NCBI RefSeq assembly: GCF_009914755.1
Contig: NC_060935.1
Strand: one strand, 5' to 3'
DNA from: the human T2T-CHM13v2.0 reference genome, Homo sapiens
Length of the DNA: 64,000 nt
Numbering within the stretch: the stretch's first letter is position 1; every line of letters begins with the position of its first letter. Shown piece after piece: positions 22,301-37,400 of this stretch. Below the pieces are notes generated by a model. The model made no database searches and was not told where the DNA came from. It saw nothing but the letters and a program-made list of their open reading frames with translations. The translations under genes were made by a program, and so were the position numbers.

Positions 22301-25300
22301 AACATGAAGGACCTTAAAGAGATTCTGGTTCCTCTCATCATATCTGGACTCCACTGAAGCACCAAGTCATTGTGTGTGGCATCTGGCTTCTCCAGTGTCT
22401 GGCCAGAGGTGCTGCACAGCCCAGAAGTTAAGAGGACTTAATTCCACAGGGCAGTGAACATTGATGAATTAGAGCTGAGATACAGGAGAGATCTAGCAGA
22501 CAATTTCCTCTCCTTTCTTCCTCCAACGGACTGTCCTGAGCCCTGGTGGTTACGTATGGTCTGGTTAAAGATATTAACCACCTGTGTTTTTCACTGAGTT
22601 GCGATCAGCTCAGTAATACACCCCTCTAGATTTGCTTCCTCTCCTTCTCTACCTTATCTCCCTTGCTCCCTCACATTTGCTGCCCTTGGATTGCACCTCC
22701 CAATAAACCGTTATTAAATGATAGGGCATTAAATAATACCAGAATCTTCCTCTTACATGCTCCAATAGCACCCCTTGCGTTATTACTCTGTATTTCAATT
22801 GACTTTTTGTTTGACTCTCTCCTCCAGTGAATGTAAGCTCTTTAATGACAGAGGACTGTGTCATTGGTTTATCATTCTCTTATTGGAATGTAGCAATGTT
22901 TGGTACATAGTTTGCTTATATTGAATGAATAAAGACGTGAATAAAACAGACAAATCTGACAGCATTTCTCAAACATTTCCCTGGAAAAGCAGGCCATGAC
23001 TCATTGAGATGGAATACTCAAGCTTAAGTAACGTTATTATGAAATTTTTATTTGAATTTACTACAATATTTTTGAACAGTTACCCTGGGTCTAGTTTGTG
23101 CTATTTGTGTTTCTTACTATAAAAGAATTGGTTTTCTGGTCTGAAGTTATATCCTTGGCAAACGTGGGATGGTGTAAACTTGATGTCTTACATAATGAAT
23201 CAATTACAAAGCCTAAAGACAGTGCTCCTCTATGCCAAAAGCTTTGGCCTTATTTACATCTGATCTGGTCTTCAAGGCTCTGGCCCTGCAAGGCTGAACC
23301 CATAGCCAGTTCCGTACCCACCTTGCTTCCCATCTTTGCCTGATATCTGCAGCTAATGAGTCTGTCCTAAAGGTACCTGGTCTTACCCCTCTCCCTGTTC
23401 CTAACCCTCCTACATAGATATAGAAGCTGGGTGGGGCAAAGGTTGGGAAGGAAGAAGAAACTCTCACAGAACCTGACTTGCCCCAATTGTAATAACACTT
23501 TCATTATGCCAACAGCAGGAGAAGGACTAAGTAGGGGAAAACTAGGAAAGAGAACCAGGTCAGCATAATGCAAATACAAGACAGGAGGCATTTATTTAAA
23601 ATTTCTAGTTATTAGAGAGCCAAATAGGAGCTTTGCTAATTAGAACTAGGGTCCTCACTCCAGCTTTTCCTAGATCCTTGATAGGTCTTTCTCTCTTTTC
23701 TACTGGTCCTCTCTTCAAGTTAGATTTTTAATTTTTACCTTGAGAAATTAGGGCCTCATGGGACAGAAAAAGTAGCACAGGGCTAGAAACCTGGTAACTT
23801 TGATTCTATTCCTCATTCTCCCACTAACCTAAGGGTGACTTTAGACAAGTCACTTCCCCTCTCTGAGTCTCTGTTTCCCCATCTGTAAAATAAAAAAGCT
23901 TGTTGAGATTCTCTCCAGCATCTGAATGACACACAGTCTGTGATTCTGCAATCCAGTGATAACAAACTTCTTCAAAATTATGACCATGATGTTTTACTTG
24001 AAAAAAAAAAAGAATATCTTGTTGAATCCAGGTCATGGTGTGGAAATTTTTCCGTGTTTTGTTTCTGCTGATACTTCCCCTTTGTGACTTGCTTCCTTGT
24101 GTGGTTTGTAACTTATGAGTCTTGAGCTGCATTTCCACTGGGGTTGTTTGCTGTGGGAGGCTGGTTTGCTCCGGTTTATGGAACTGACCCTCCAAGATAG
24201 TTTTAGCTTTGCCTCTGCTGAGGCCTACTCTATCAGTATATGAGGACTTAGATTCAATATACTGAATAAACTTATACTGAATATGCTGAGTATATGAGGC
24301 CTTATGCTGAACCAGTGTTTATGGTAATTTCTTGGTTTGGGAACAATGTGAACAAAAACGTCACACCTATGTGGTCATAAGCCTTCTTGACTCCCAAGAC
24401 AGTTCCATCACCCCCTTGAACATTGTACACAGGACCAGCAGCCTGGATCCCCACCCACAGCCCTTAAAGCCCCAAGACTCTGCCATTAAGTCTACGTAAG
24501 GCCCAACAAGCTCCTTAGCTGCAGGGCTTCAACTCCCACTTACTGCTCTGATTTTGAGTTCTCTCTTTTTGGCCTTCAGGTATTTCCCTTTCTTGGTTTT
24601 GAGCTTGAATCTTTGTGTTTGAAGAAATGTGTCTATACCTGAGTATATGCAGGGCAGGGTTTCCATGCATCAGCTCACCCAGCCAAGTTCTCTTTTGTTA
24701 TAATTATTTTGTAATTGTTAACTTTTTCTTAGATGTAACAGGTTGCCATGCATGTATTGTGGTTTCAGGGCTGTGGGAAACAAACTTTCCTGCTGTCACA
24801 CCCCTGCCCTGAATAAAATAATACTTTCACAGAAGTCTAAAACCCTTTTTTTCTGAAAGTAACAACTTTCTTTCCATAGGGAGAGCTCAGGCTGCAAATG
24901 TAATTAATCTGCCTTCCCTCTCCCTGAACCGCTAGAATAAAGATGAAGAACTGCTATTTCACCAAGTGATGACAACACAACTTTTCCTGAGAGTCGGGAG
25001 AGGGCAAAAGAGCAGCTAGTGATTGCATCAGTGAAGTGGGGAGAGAAAAAGACAGAGAGAATTGAGGTCTGAGGGTGGAGAAAGGTCTGGAGACTAACTT
25101 CACTGGCAGTGGGATGTTAACAAGAGCCAGATCTCTGCAATGTTCTTCTCCTTTACTTTCATGGTGGGTGAGATAATATGAAGGAATTCTTCATAGAGAG
25201 GAAAGATTATGGTCAGGACATGAGGATTCAGGAGCAGTCGGTGTGAATCCTAGCTCTGCCACCATCTTGCAAATTGCTTCCTTTCTCTGGGCTTTCATTT

Positions 25301-26139
25301 TCTCACTTACAAAATTAGAGGATTATATTAAATTTGTGGATTATAAGCATTATTCAGCTGTAGAGCCTTTCTTTTCCCATGTAAGCTTACATGGAAACCA
25401 AAAATATAAAACATATGAAAGAAGAGCTCCCTCGGTTGAGCAGGAAGCAGGGCGCCAAAGCCCAGAAGTTCACTTCCTCCTCACCTCTCAGAGCAGGCCT
25501 GGGATCCCTGGAACACAATTTGAAAACTGCCAGTCCGTATATTCTCTTATGGTTTCTTCCATTTGAGGCATGATAATTATGATGAGAAGAAGTTTTCCAA
25601 GCCACAGGATTCATGGGATAGCTGAAGTAGCATGATTTCCTTGAAAACAGGAAATCAGAGTCGCCAAACAGTGGAGCAAGGGTTTTCAGACCGTACTGCA
25701 TTCTTCCTTCTAGAACCTTTCACCTCCTCTTGGGTAAGTTGTCAACAAGCAACACCCAGCTGTTGTGTGATAAGTGGAAAGATTGCTGGGCCAGAAAAGA
25801 GTGCTTTCATTAACCAGCTGTGAGACATTAGCAAATTTTTTCCCCACTGGGAGCTCCAGTTATTTGCTTGTAAACAGAGGAGAGTGGGTAGAGCAGTCAC
25901 TAAGAGATCATGGATAGCTCTAAAAATGTTGTGAGGTACAGTCAAATTAATAATGTACTCCTCCCCAAATTTGTTGAGCAAATACTGAGTCAGGCACCAG
26001 TTGCTTTGTCATGAAGATTATAGAGTCATTCAAGGACAGACATTGAACACGATGCACTATGTGAAAGGGAAGTTCAAGATGCTGAGAGAACGTAGCAGGG
26101 AAGTGAATGTGGCCCTGGGGATCAGCATGGCCCTCCAAG

Positions 26140-26560
26140 ACAGACGGAGAGGGAGATGGAGATTCAGAGACAAAGAGCCACACGTGGAGACAGAGACAGA
26201 GAAACAGAGAGAGAGAGAGACAGACAGAGATATGGAGAGAAACAGAAACAGACACAAAGAGAGAGAGACAGAGAAAGAAGAGACAAAAACAGAGTCAGAG
26301 ACAAAGATAGACATAGAAGAACAGAGAGGAATGACAGAGACAGAGATAGAAATAGACAGATATATAGAGATAGAGACAGAGATATATACAGAAACAGAAA
26401 GACAAAGAGATAGACATAGAGACAGAGAACAGAAACAGAGAGAGAGAAAAGAAACAGAGAGATAGACCACGGATAGAGATACAGAGACAGGGAGACAGAG
26501 ATAGAGAGACAGAGTGAGTCATAGAGACAGATAGAAAGGCAGAGACAGAGACAGAAACAG
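26140..26560. repeat. GA/GACA-rich low-complexity tract within an L2-like region
   Basis: (AGAGAC)/(AGAT)-type repeats; source of the spurious ORFs at 26001-26643. Confidence 0.9.
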
Positions 26561-26562
26561 AT

Positions 26563-26993
26563 TGTTTTCATCCATTTTAAATTGCTATAAAGGAACACTT
26601 GAGGCTGGGTAATTTGTAAAGAAAATAGGTTTAATTGGCTCACAGTTCTGCAGGCTTTATATAAAGCACGGCACCAGCATCTGCTCCTGGAGAGGACTCA
26701 GGAAGCTTTGAATCATGGCAGAATGCAAAGGGGGAGCAGGTGCATCACACATCGCATGGCGAGAGTGGGAGCAAGAGAGACAGAGAAGGTGGATGTCCCA
26801 AACTCTTTCAAACAACCAGCTCTCAGGTGAACTAACTGGGCAAGAACTCACTTATCACCAAGGGGATGGTGCTCTTCCATTCATGAGGGATTCGCCCCCA
26901 TGATCCAGTCACCTCCCACCAGGCCCTACCTCCAACATTGGGAATCCCATTTCGAAGGGAGATTTGGAAAAGACACATATCCAAACCATATCA
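26563..26993 (-). mobile_element. MST-type MaLR solo LTR inserted in the GA-rich tract
   Basis: MST consensus-like body; ends ccaaaccatatca; 5-bp TSD cagat. Confidence 0.85.
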
Positions 26994-27261
26994 CAGATAG
27001 AGAGACAGAGACTGAGACATACTGAAAGAGAATGGAGATAATGTTGGGAAGTCTAGGGTGACTACAGATTACAGAGGTGGCTGTGGTTTGAGCAGAGGCT
27101 GGAGAGACAGGTATAGGAGTGGATTTTATCATGCATTGTATATGATAAGAATTGGGGACTTCATCAGTTAATAAAAGGTTTTATTCAGGAGAGTAAAATG
27201 ATACAATTTCTCTTTTATAAGATCCCTCAGGATGTTCCATGGGGGTGGGTTGGAGTCATTT

Positions 27262-27691
27262 TGTGTATCATTGCAGTAAGTTCCTATGGCTGTCTCAACA
27301 AATTATCACAAATTTATTTTCCACCTATCAGGGATTGCGGGAGCAGTTAATAAGGAGAGGGATGGATGTTTTAAAGTCTACCACTGGATTAAGCCAGGTA
27401 AGAAAAGTCTGACACACAACAGTGTGCTTGAGGTCAGAAGTCTAAAATTAAGGTGTCTTCAGAGCTGCATTCCCTCTGGAGGCTTCAGAGGAAAATCTGT
27501 TTTCTTGCCTCTTTCAGCTTTTGTATTCTTAGCTCACGGCCCCTTCTCCGTATCATTCCAAACTTCTGCTTCTGTCGTCACGCCCCCATGACCAACTCCT
27601 TTATAGAACATAAGGTAACACATTCACAAGTTCTGAGGGTTAGAATGTAGACATCTTTGGGAGAGAAGGGCTTATTTTTCAGCTGACCACA
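27262..27691 (-). mobile_element. MLT1-type MaLR LTR interrupted by a ~100-bp foreign insert
   Basis: MLT1 motifs on both sides of the insert (ggctg..acaaattatcacaaa; gaggtcagaagtctaaaattaaggtgtc..cattccctctggaggct; gaggg ttagaatg..gacatctttgg). Confidence 0.65.
27321..27421. repeat. Inverted copy of 29919-30019 (101 bp, 9 mismatches by hand alignment)
   Basis: Manual ungapped reverse-complement alignment. Confidence 0.9.
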
Positions 27692-29036
27692 ATCATTATT
27701 GAAAGGCGATGGTCAAAGCTTCAAACACGTATGCCCTTTAGTGCCCTCAGCAGGGTGGATGGTAGGATTTCCTGTGATTCTTTACAAATAACAGTGATAA
27801 TACTTGGCAGTGAAAATAAATATGAAAAGCTGCCTGGAATGTCCTCTAAGACCTGCCAACTCATTCCACATTGTTTATTGAGCCCATACTGTATTCTTGA
27901 CTATCACTGTATGTAGTTTTCCATTTCAAATAATAATCACCCTCACCTGGTATATTCTCCTCCTCAGCAAACTGTCAGTGAGAACAATAGTATGATATGA
28001 TATTTATATCTCAGCACATGGAAAAGTAGTAAAACAACATGTGTGTTTTACTATTGTTTTATTGTTTTATTCCTGACTCTACTCCACATCTCTATAGGCA
28101 GGAGAATGTGTTGGTTTCATTGAAGGTAAAAGTATTTGTCAAAGTGTTTGTCAAAATCTCTTAAACTGCCATTGAGCAATTGATAAAGGGAAGAGGGTCT
28201 TCATTTGCTCCCTTACAATTTGATTTTATGCTTTGATTTAGGGATGGATTAAAGGACTTAATATTTTTGAGCAGATATTAGAGACCATCTTCATTAGGAG
28301 TTATCCCCATAGGTTTTCAGATTTTTAGCAGTCTATCTTTCCCTGCAGTTTTAGCAGTCTTTGTCACAAAAAGGGAGTTGTGGTTCTGTTAAAATGATCA
28401 TAAATAAAAGTACTAAAGTCATAATCCTGATAGAAAGGGAGCAGTTCCACATTACATGGATGAGTTACCAAAAATTAGGTTATGATGCTGTTCTGTGGTT
28501 TCTTTTAAAAAATGATTTTCCTTCTTATTTTAATTGGATCCAAGAAACCACAAAATGTAGAGAGATTCAAAACACACTTGAGGGTTGACTTTACATGTGT
28601 TAGAAGTTTCACTGATTTCATAGTTCACAAAATTTATTTTACTTACATTATTTAGTTTGACCCTCACTCAAACTTGTACAGGTAATTTATATGATGGAAG
28701 AACAGCTATTAATATTTCCATTATATACATGAAGACAGTGGGATGTCTACTTTATCTAAAAAGACACACAATTTGAGTAAGAAACCAAGCACAATTCTTC
28801 GAATTCCTATCCTAATGGACTTTCTAAAGTGGGCATTTATGATTTCTTTTCTTCTGGTGGCAGTGGATTGACATTTCTGATATTTGTTACCAAAAGAACC
28901 ATGACACATTCTCTTTCTAATGCATCATCTTTCTGTGTAAAGCAAAATCTTGGACTTTATTATATTCTACTTTGCTCCAAAATATTTAAGCAAGCATCCT
29001 GCAAAGATATATAAAATATACAAAATAAAAAATTTA

Positions 29037-29692
<656 letters not shown>

Positions 29693-30261
29693 GTGCTCCC
29701 AGAGTGACTAAACTTCTTGCTACAGATGTCCCACAAATTTCACTCAAAACTTGTTAGTGGCCAACGTGGAAAGAGTTTATGTTTCCATGTTCAATGATAC
29801 AGTACAGATTGTTAATAGGATGAATACAGGAAAATTGTAGTGAAGAAGACAGTTGTCAGAGGGTCTATTTCTTCTAGAGTCTTTCAGTATAAATCATTCT
29901 TTGTGGATTCTGATGCAATGTTGTGTGGCAGTCTTTTCTTACGTGGCTTAATCCAGGGGTAGACTTTAAAACATCCATCCCTCTCTTTATTAACTGCTCC
30001 CCCAACCCCTGATACTTGGTACATGGACACTCAAGACTGTTTTCCTTTGCTAGAGCCTATAGCACAGCTGGTCAGTCCTTTAGCTGAGTGTAGACAGGGG
30101 CTGTAAGCTGGATAGAGCCTCCTTGCTGTCATTAACTTTGGAAAGCATTACTTACTCATTATTAATTCAATTCTGTTTATGTTTTAACATTTTGGTTTCT
30201 CCCTTGTTTTACGGTCATTTATGAAAAAAAATTTACAAAATTTCTCCATTAAGAAATTCAT

Positions 30262-30594
<333 letters not shown>

Positions 30595-31229
30595 TTATAT
30601 ACAGCTCATCACTCTTGGTAAATAACTTAGGTGGCGATCTTATTAAAACTGATTCTATTTAGCAGAAGCAAGCCAGTTCTCCTTTCTCTTTCTGAACTTA
30701 CATCTTGCCTGACTAGAGAAAATATTTAGGCAGTTTTTGAAAGAATTTGCTTTAATATTTTCTTCTTTGTCTCTGAGTGGTACCAAGCATGCAAGTGAAA
30801 ATGTGTATTTTCAATGAATGACCTTGGTGTCATGTAAATATGCACTTGAGATGTTCTTAATTTATTAGTGTATGCCAGAGTATATTTTACTTCACATCCT
30901 TTCCAGCCTTATATATCTTATCTCACATAAAAATGATGAAAATTTCTATCTCATAGTGTGGTTGTGAGAACTGAAAGAGAAATAGTGTATGTAAGGACCC
31001 TTTCTGTCATCTGTAGTATTTTGTAGGTAAAAGAGGAAAATAACCCAATCTAACAGTGTTGTTTCAAGGATTAAAGGGATACATATAAAGAGCCCATCAA
31101 AGGGAATAACATTAATATCATTCTTCCAAAAAGTGTAACGTGATAGGTGCCCTGTTATATAGATGGCTAGACATTCCCTGGAAACAGCAATTCAACCTCT
31201 CAGTTTCTACCATAAAAATTGCATATTAG

Positions 31230-31518
<289 letters not shown>

Positions 31519-32587
31519 TTAGCATAAAGCAGCATGTTCAATTACTGTTTGTAATAGATTGGTAAAATCTGGAAACTACCTAAATATCCATCAATGGGGG
31601 AATAGGTACATAGATTTTGTGTATCAATTCTATGAAACAATTTAAAAAGACCGAGGTAGATCTATTAACACAGAAGGAGCTCCAAGAAATAACATTCAAT
31701 GAAAAAAAAGCAAGGTGTGGAATGATCACTCAGCATGATAACATTTATGTAAATACACACAGAGCCGCATAAAATAGTGTTATTTATTTTCAATTGGTAC
31801 ATATATATGAATGTGAATATGCAGAAAAAGTCTAAATTTACATACCAACTCTTAACAGTCATTACCTACTGGGGAGCACAGAAAGAGATTGAAATTGAGA
31901 ATAAGGTCAAATAAGCATTTTCTCGGCTAGTGTATGAATTTTTTCAAACAAGGAATCTGTGTATATGTTATAGAATTGAAATCCAACTTTAAAAAACTGC
32001 TGGGCACAATGCTTGACATAATATAAGCATCTAATAAGTGTTAGTTCCCTTACTGTGGAATAAAATCTCTAAATTTCCTACCAAATGAATTTGGATGTAT
32101 TTATTCATTGTCCAAAAAATATTTATTAAGCATATAGTTTGACCTACCCATGTTCTATGCTTTGGGGAAAGAATACAGAGAAGTTTAGACAACAATATTA
32201 ACAACTCTGGAAGAAGACAGTAAAATAAGAAAAATAACAAAATCTCACAAATGCTGATAGATGAATTCGAGGATGTAGAAACACTGCAGTAACACTTAGT
32301 CTAGTCTGGAGGAGTCAAAGATCAATAAGGGCCTTACAAAAGAATCTTCGGTCTAAGCCTTAAGCCCTCCCCTACACAAACTGCCAGTAATTCCAGGGGT
32401 CAGAGAAGAGATCAAATGAGAACAGTATGAATTGCAAGGGAATTAAGGAAGAATAGTTATGGCCAAAACAGATGTGATTTAGGGTTGGTTGTGATTATTC
32501 ACATGGTTTATACACACAACCATTAAAGATGCAGGTCTTCAGAAATGTTTCTCTTTTGCCCAAGAACCATCATGTAAAATGGGCTCA

Positions 32588-32878
<291 letters not shown>

Positions 32879-34454
32879 TCAATTATTTGTTCAAATATCC
32901 AAGAACCCTCCACTGGTAACATATTTTGGGGAGCCAGCCAGGAGGTAATCCCAAAGTTTGGGATTTATTTTTCTTCTCTTTTTACCTTTTCCTCTCTCCT
33001 CCATATATGGGAACACTTTTTTTTATAGCTGCCCTGCCTGGAAAAAGGAAGACTCTTCTATCTTTCTGGTTATAGTCCTGAATGCTATGTGTGACACAAG
33101 CGGCAGCTGCAATGCAGCTTGGGAGCTCTTCCATGGCAAATACACACACTTCAAGTGATTTAAACCTTCTTTTCTTATGCTAAAATTTCCTATAAGGTTA
33201 ATCCTTAACTGCAAAAGATAATGTCTTTTAGGTGTTTTGACCTCCTTTCTCCAGCCTCCAGTTCCTATCATTAAAGTTCATGGCCAGCACTCAAGTGGAA
33301 TAGGAAGCCTGGGAAAGTGTGGCCTTATCAAATTACAAGGATGCTAGAAGTCAAGGCCTTCATCCAGGGACAAAGGGAAAGCTCATAGTAGGCCATTGCC
33401 TCTGGAGGGAAAACATAAAAAGTGACACCAGGGCCCACCTAAGGTCAGAGACATCTGACACTCTAAGATTGGACCCCAAAGGGGGACTTCCCAGGGGATC
33501 CTATTCCAGACCTTATCCTCTCCAAAGGGGATGCCCTTGGTAGAGGTTCAGAGGTCTAGTATTAAGCCATCCTTAGAATTTTCTCTCGCAGATGACAATG
33601 GGACAGTTTGGGCATTCATGGGGCTTATTTGTTGCTGCAGCAGTTGGATTGTGTTCTGGTGATTGTTTGTATGTCTTTGATATAGCCATGGGAAATTAGG
33701 ATTTTGTAAACTTGATATTCTTTTGCAATACGGTTTGACGCTAATATTGTTGGGAATTCTGGAGTTTGCTATTGAATGGGAAAGTGGGTTGGACTTGCGT
33801 GTACCCAGGCTTTTGTGCTGCAGTTCTAAGCAGGGTCGGGCCTGGCTAGTATGTGATATTCTCCTTTGGTGCTGTTTGTCCCCAATGTTCTTTGAAGTCT
33901 GAGGAGGTTTGGCCTTTAAAAATCTAACTGCCATGGAAACTGCTTTACCCAAGATTTTGGTTCACAGCCTTCATTGGATTACCTACTGGGCAAAGAAAGT
34001 AAAACCAGTGAGCTTGTATTACTATCTCATGGCTAAAGTACCTAGGCAAAAGCTATTGTATCTTCGTTTGTGTGTGTGTATACATGTCTAGATGTGTTTA
34101 TTTGTATGTACTTACTGTTATACATTGTGTCTACCAAATTGGCTTATAAGTAAAAGAGCACTCATAAATTAAGTAAATAAGTCCACGCAGTTTTCAAGTT
34201 CACATAACAAGTATAACTTTACTAAACAAGCTGGCTTTAAAATTATTGGTAAATTAAAAATAGAAATGTCTTCAAAATTGTCAGCATACATTTTTGTCTG
34301 GATTTTATATTTGTCTTTTGTAGATATTTTGAAGTGTCAGGGTTTGGCATAGAAGGTTATAAAACTATAAACCTAGCCGAAACAAAAAGATCTTTGTGCA
34401 GATTTTTTAATAAGTAATACTAATTATGTTATTGGTTTAATGAAAACACCTGAG

Positions 34455-37400
34455 GGGAGAGGGACCAAGATGGCTGAGTAGAAACAGCTTCAGTCTGCAG
34501 CTCCCACTGAAACAAACGCAAAGGACAAGTTATTTCTGCATTTCCAACTGAGGTACTTAGATCTTCTCATTGTGACTGATTAGGCAGTTGGTGCGACCCA
34601 TGGAGAGCAAGGAAAAGCAGGGTGGGGTGATGGTTCACCCGAAAGCTGCCCAGGGCAAAGGGACCTCCCACCCCAAGCCAAGGGAGGCAGTGAGGGACTG
34701 TGCTACCTGCCTGGGGTACTACACTTTTTCTATGGATTTTTGCAAGCTGCAGATCAGGAAATTCCCTCATGAGCCTACACCACCATGACCTTGGGTCTCA
34801 AGCACAAAAGTGGGCAGACCCATGGCAGCTGCTCCAGTCGGTGGCTGTTCAGGCAGGCACAGAGCTCCAGGAGTTTTTACATGTTCTGGTGGTTCCCAGA
34901 ACTCCAGTGAGGCCAGGGAACTGTCCACTCCAGTGGAAAGGAGGCTGAAGACAGGGAGCCAAATGGCCTCACTCAGCAGGTCCCACTCCCATGGAACCCT
35001 GCAAGCTAAGACCCATTGGTTTGGAATTTTTGCTGGCCAGCACAGCAGCCTGGAGTCTGCCTAAGATGACTGAGTTCCTGGGGTGAAGGGTGACTGCCAT
35101 GACAGGCAGTTTTCCCCTATCAGTGCTAGGAACACTGGGTGGTCTGGACTGGGTGGTACACCCCACAGCACAGCACAGTGGCTGTGACAGATCGTGGCCT
35201 GGCTGCTTCTTTAGGTGGGACCTGGATCCATCCTTCCTTACCAAGCAGGGCCTCCCTACAGGAATTCCAGCAACTCCATCCAGGGGTTTACAGACAGAGC
35301 TCACATCTCCCTGGGACAGAGAACCTGGGGGAAGGGACAGCCACAGTCTCAGGTTCAGCAGACTTAATCTTTCCTGCCTGCTGGCTCTGAAGAGTCTGGG
35401 TAATTTGGACAAGGGGGATTCCCCCAGCACCATGCACCAACTCTGCTAAGGTACAGCCAGTCTGCTTCCATAAGCAGGGCTCTGATCCCGTGCCTCCTGA
35501 CTGGGTGAGACCTCCCAACAGGGGTCACCAGAAACGTCATCCAGGAGGGTTCTGGCTGGCATCAGGTTGGTGCCCCACTGGGATAAAGCTTCCAGAAAAA
35601 GGAAAAGGCAGGAATTTTTACTGTTTTGCAGCTTCCACTGGTGATACTCAGGTGAACACAGTCTGCAGTGCACCCCCAGCACACTGCAGCAGACCTGCAG
35701 AAAAGGGGCCTGACTGTTACAAGAAAAACAAACTAACATAAAGCAACAACAACAACATCAACAAAAAAGACCCCACAAAACCCCATACAAAGATCAACAG
35801 CCTCAAAGATCAAAGGTAGATAAATCCATGAAGGTGAGGAAAAACCTATGCAAAATTCCTGAAAATTCCAAAAGGCAGAATGCCTCTTCTCCTCCAAATG
35901 ATTCCTGAATTTGGAGCAAGTGAATGAGGCTGAAGCTGAGATGGATGAACTGACAGAAGCAGGTGCCAGAAAGTGGGTAATAACAAACTTTGCTGAGATA
36001 AAGGATTATGTTCTAACCCAATGCAAAGAACAGCCATGATAAAACATTACAGGAGCTGTTATCTAGAATGATCAGTTTACAGAGGAACGTAAACAACCTG
36101 ATGGAGCTAAAAAAAAAAAAAAACACAGCAAGAGAACTTCATGATGCAAACACAAGTATCAACAACCAAATCAACCAAGTGGAAGAAAGAATAACAGATC
36201 TTGAGGACTATCTTGCTGAAATAAGGCAGTCAGACAAGATTAGAGAAAAAAAAATAAACAGGATATAACAAAACATGTGAGAACTATAAGACTACATAAA
36301 AAGACCAAACCTGTGACTGATTGGAATACCTGAATACCTAAAAGAAATGGGGAGAATGGAACCAAATTGGAAAATGCACTTCCCCAACCTAGCAAGACAG
36401 ACCAACATTCAAATTCAGGAAATCCAGAGAACCCCAATAAGATACTCCACAAGAAGATCAACCCCAAGACACATAATCTTCAGATTATCCAAGGTCAAAA
36501 TGAAGAAAAAAATGTTAAGGGCAGCCAGACAGAAAGGCTTCACTTAGAAAGGGAAGCCCATCAGACTAACAGCAGACCTCTCAGCAGAAACCCACAAGCC
36601 AGAAGAAATTGTGGGCCATTCAACATTCTTAAAGAAAATAATTTTCAACCTGGAATTTCACATTTGACCAAACTAAGCTTCAAAAGTGAAAAAGAAATAA
36701 AATCATTTTTAGACAAGTAAATGCTGAGGGATTTCATCACCACCAGGCTTGCCTTGCAAGAGCTCCTGGATGAAGCACTAAACATGGTTGGCAGGGGGAA
36801 AAATACCAGCCACTACAAAAAGATACTGAAGTACACAGACCAATGAAACTATGAAGCAACTGCATTAACAAGTCTACAAAATTTACCAGCAAGCATCATG
36901 AGGACAACATCAACTTTGCACATAAAAGCACTAATTTTAAATGTAAATGGGCTAAATGCCCCAATTAAAAGACACAGAATGGCAAGATGGATAAAAAGGC
37001 AAAACCCATTGGTGTGCTGTATTCAAGAGACACATATCTTGTACAAAGACACACATAGGCTAAAAATAAAGGAATGGAGGAAAATTTACCAAGCAAATGG
37101 AAAGCAGAAAAAAGCAGGAGTTGCAATCCTAGTTCCTGACAAAATAGGCTTTAAACCAACAAAGGTCAAAAAAGACACAGAAGGGCATTACATAATGGTA
37201 AAGTGTTCAATTCAACAAGAAAAGCTAACTATCCTAAATATATATGCACTCAATACAGGAGCACCCAGATCCATAAAACAAGTTCTTAAAGAACTGAAAA
37301 GAGACTTAGACCCCCACACAATAATAGTGGAGACTTTAATACTCCATTGTCAGTATTAGACAGATTATCAAGACAGAAAATTAGCAAAGATATTCAGGAT

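Noticed and set aside
24225-24312. Short imperfect tatactgaa/tatgctga repeats
   Set aside because: Too short and degenerate; probably slippage within an old L1-like fragment
26001-26643. Several 75-159 aa ORFs on both strands
   Set aside because: They are translations of a GA/GACA low-complexity tract
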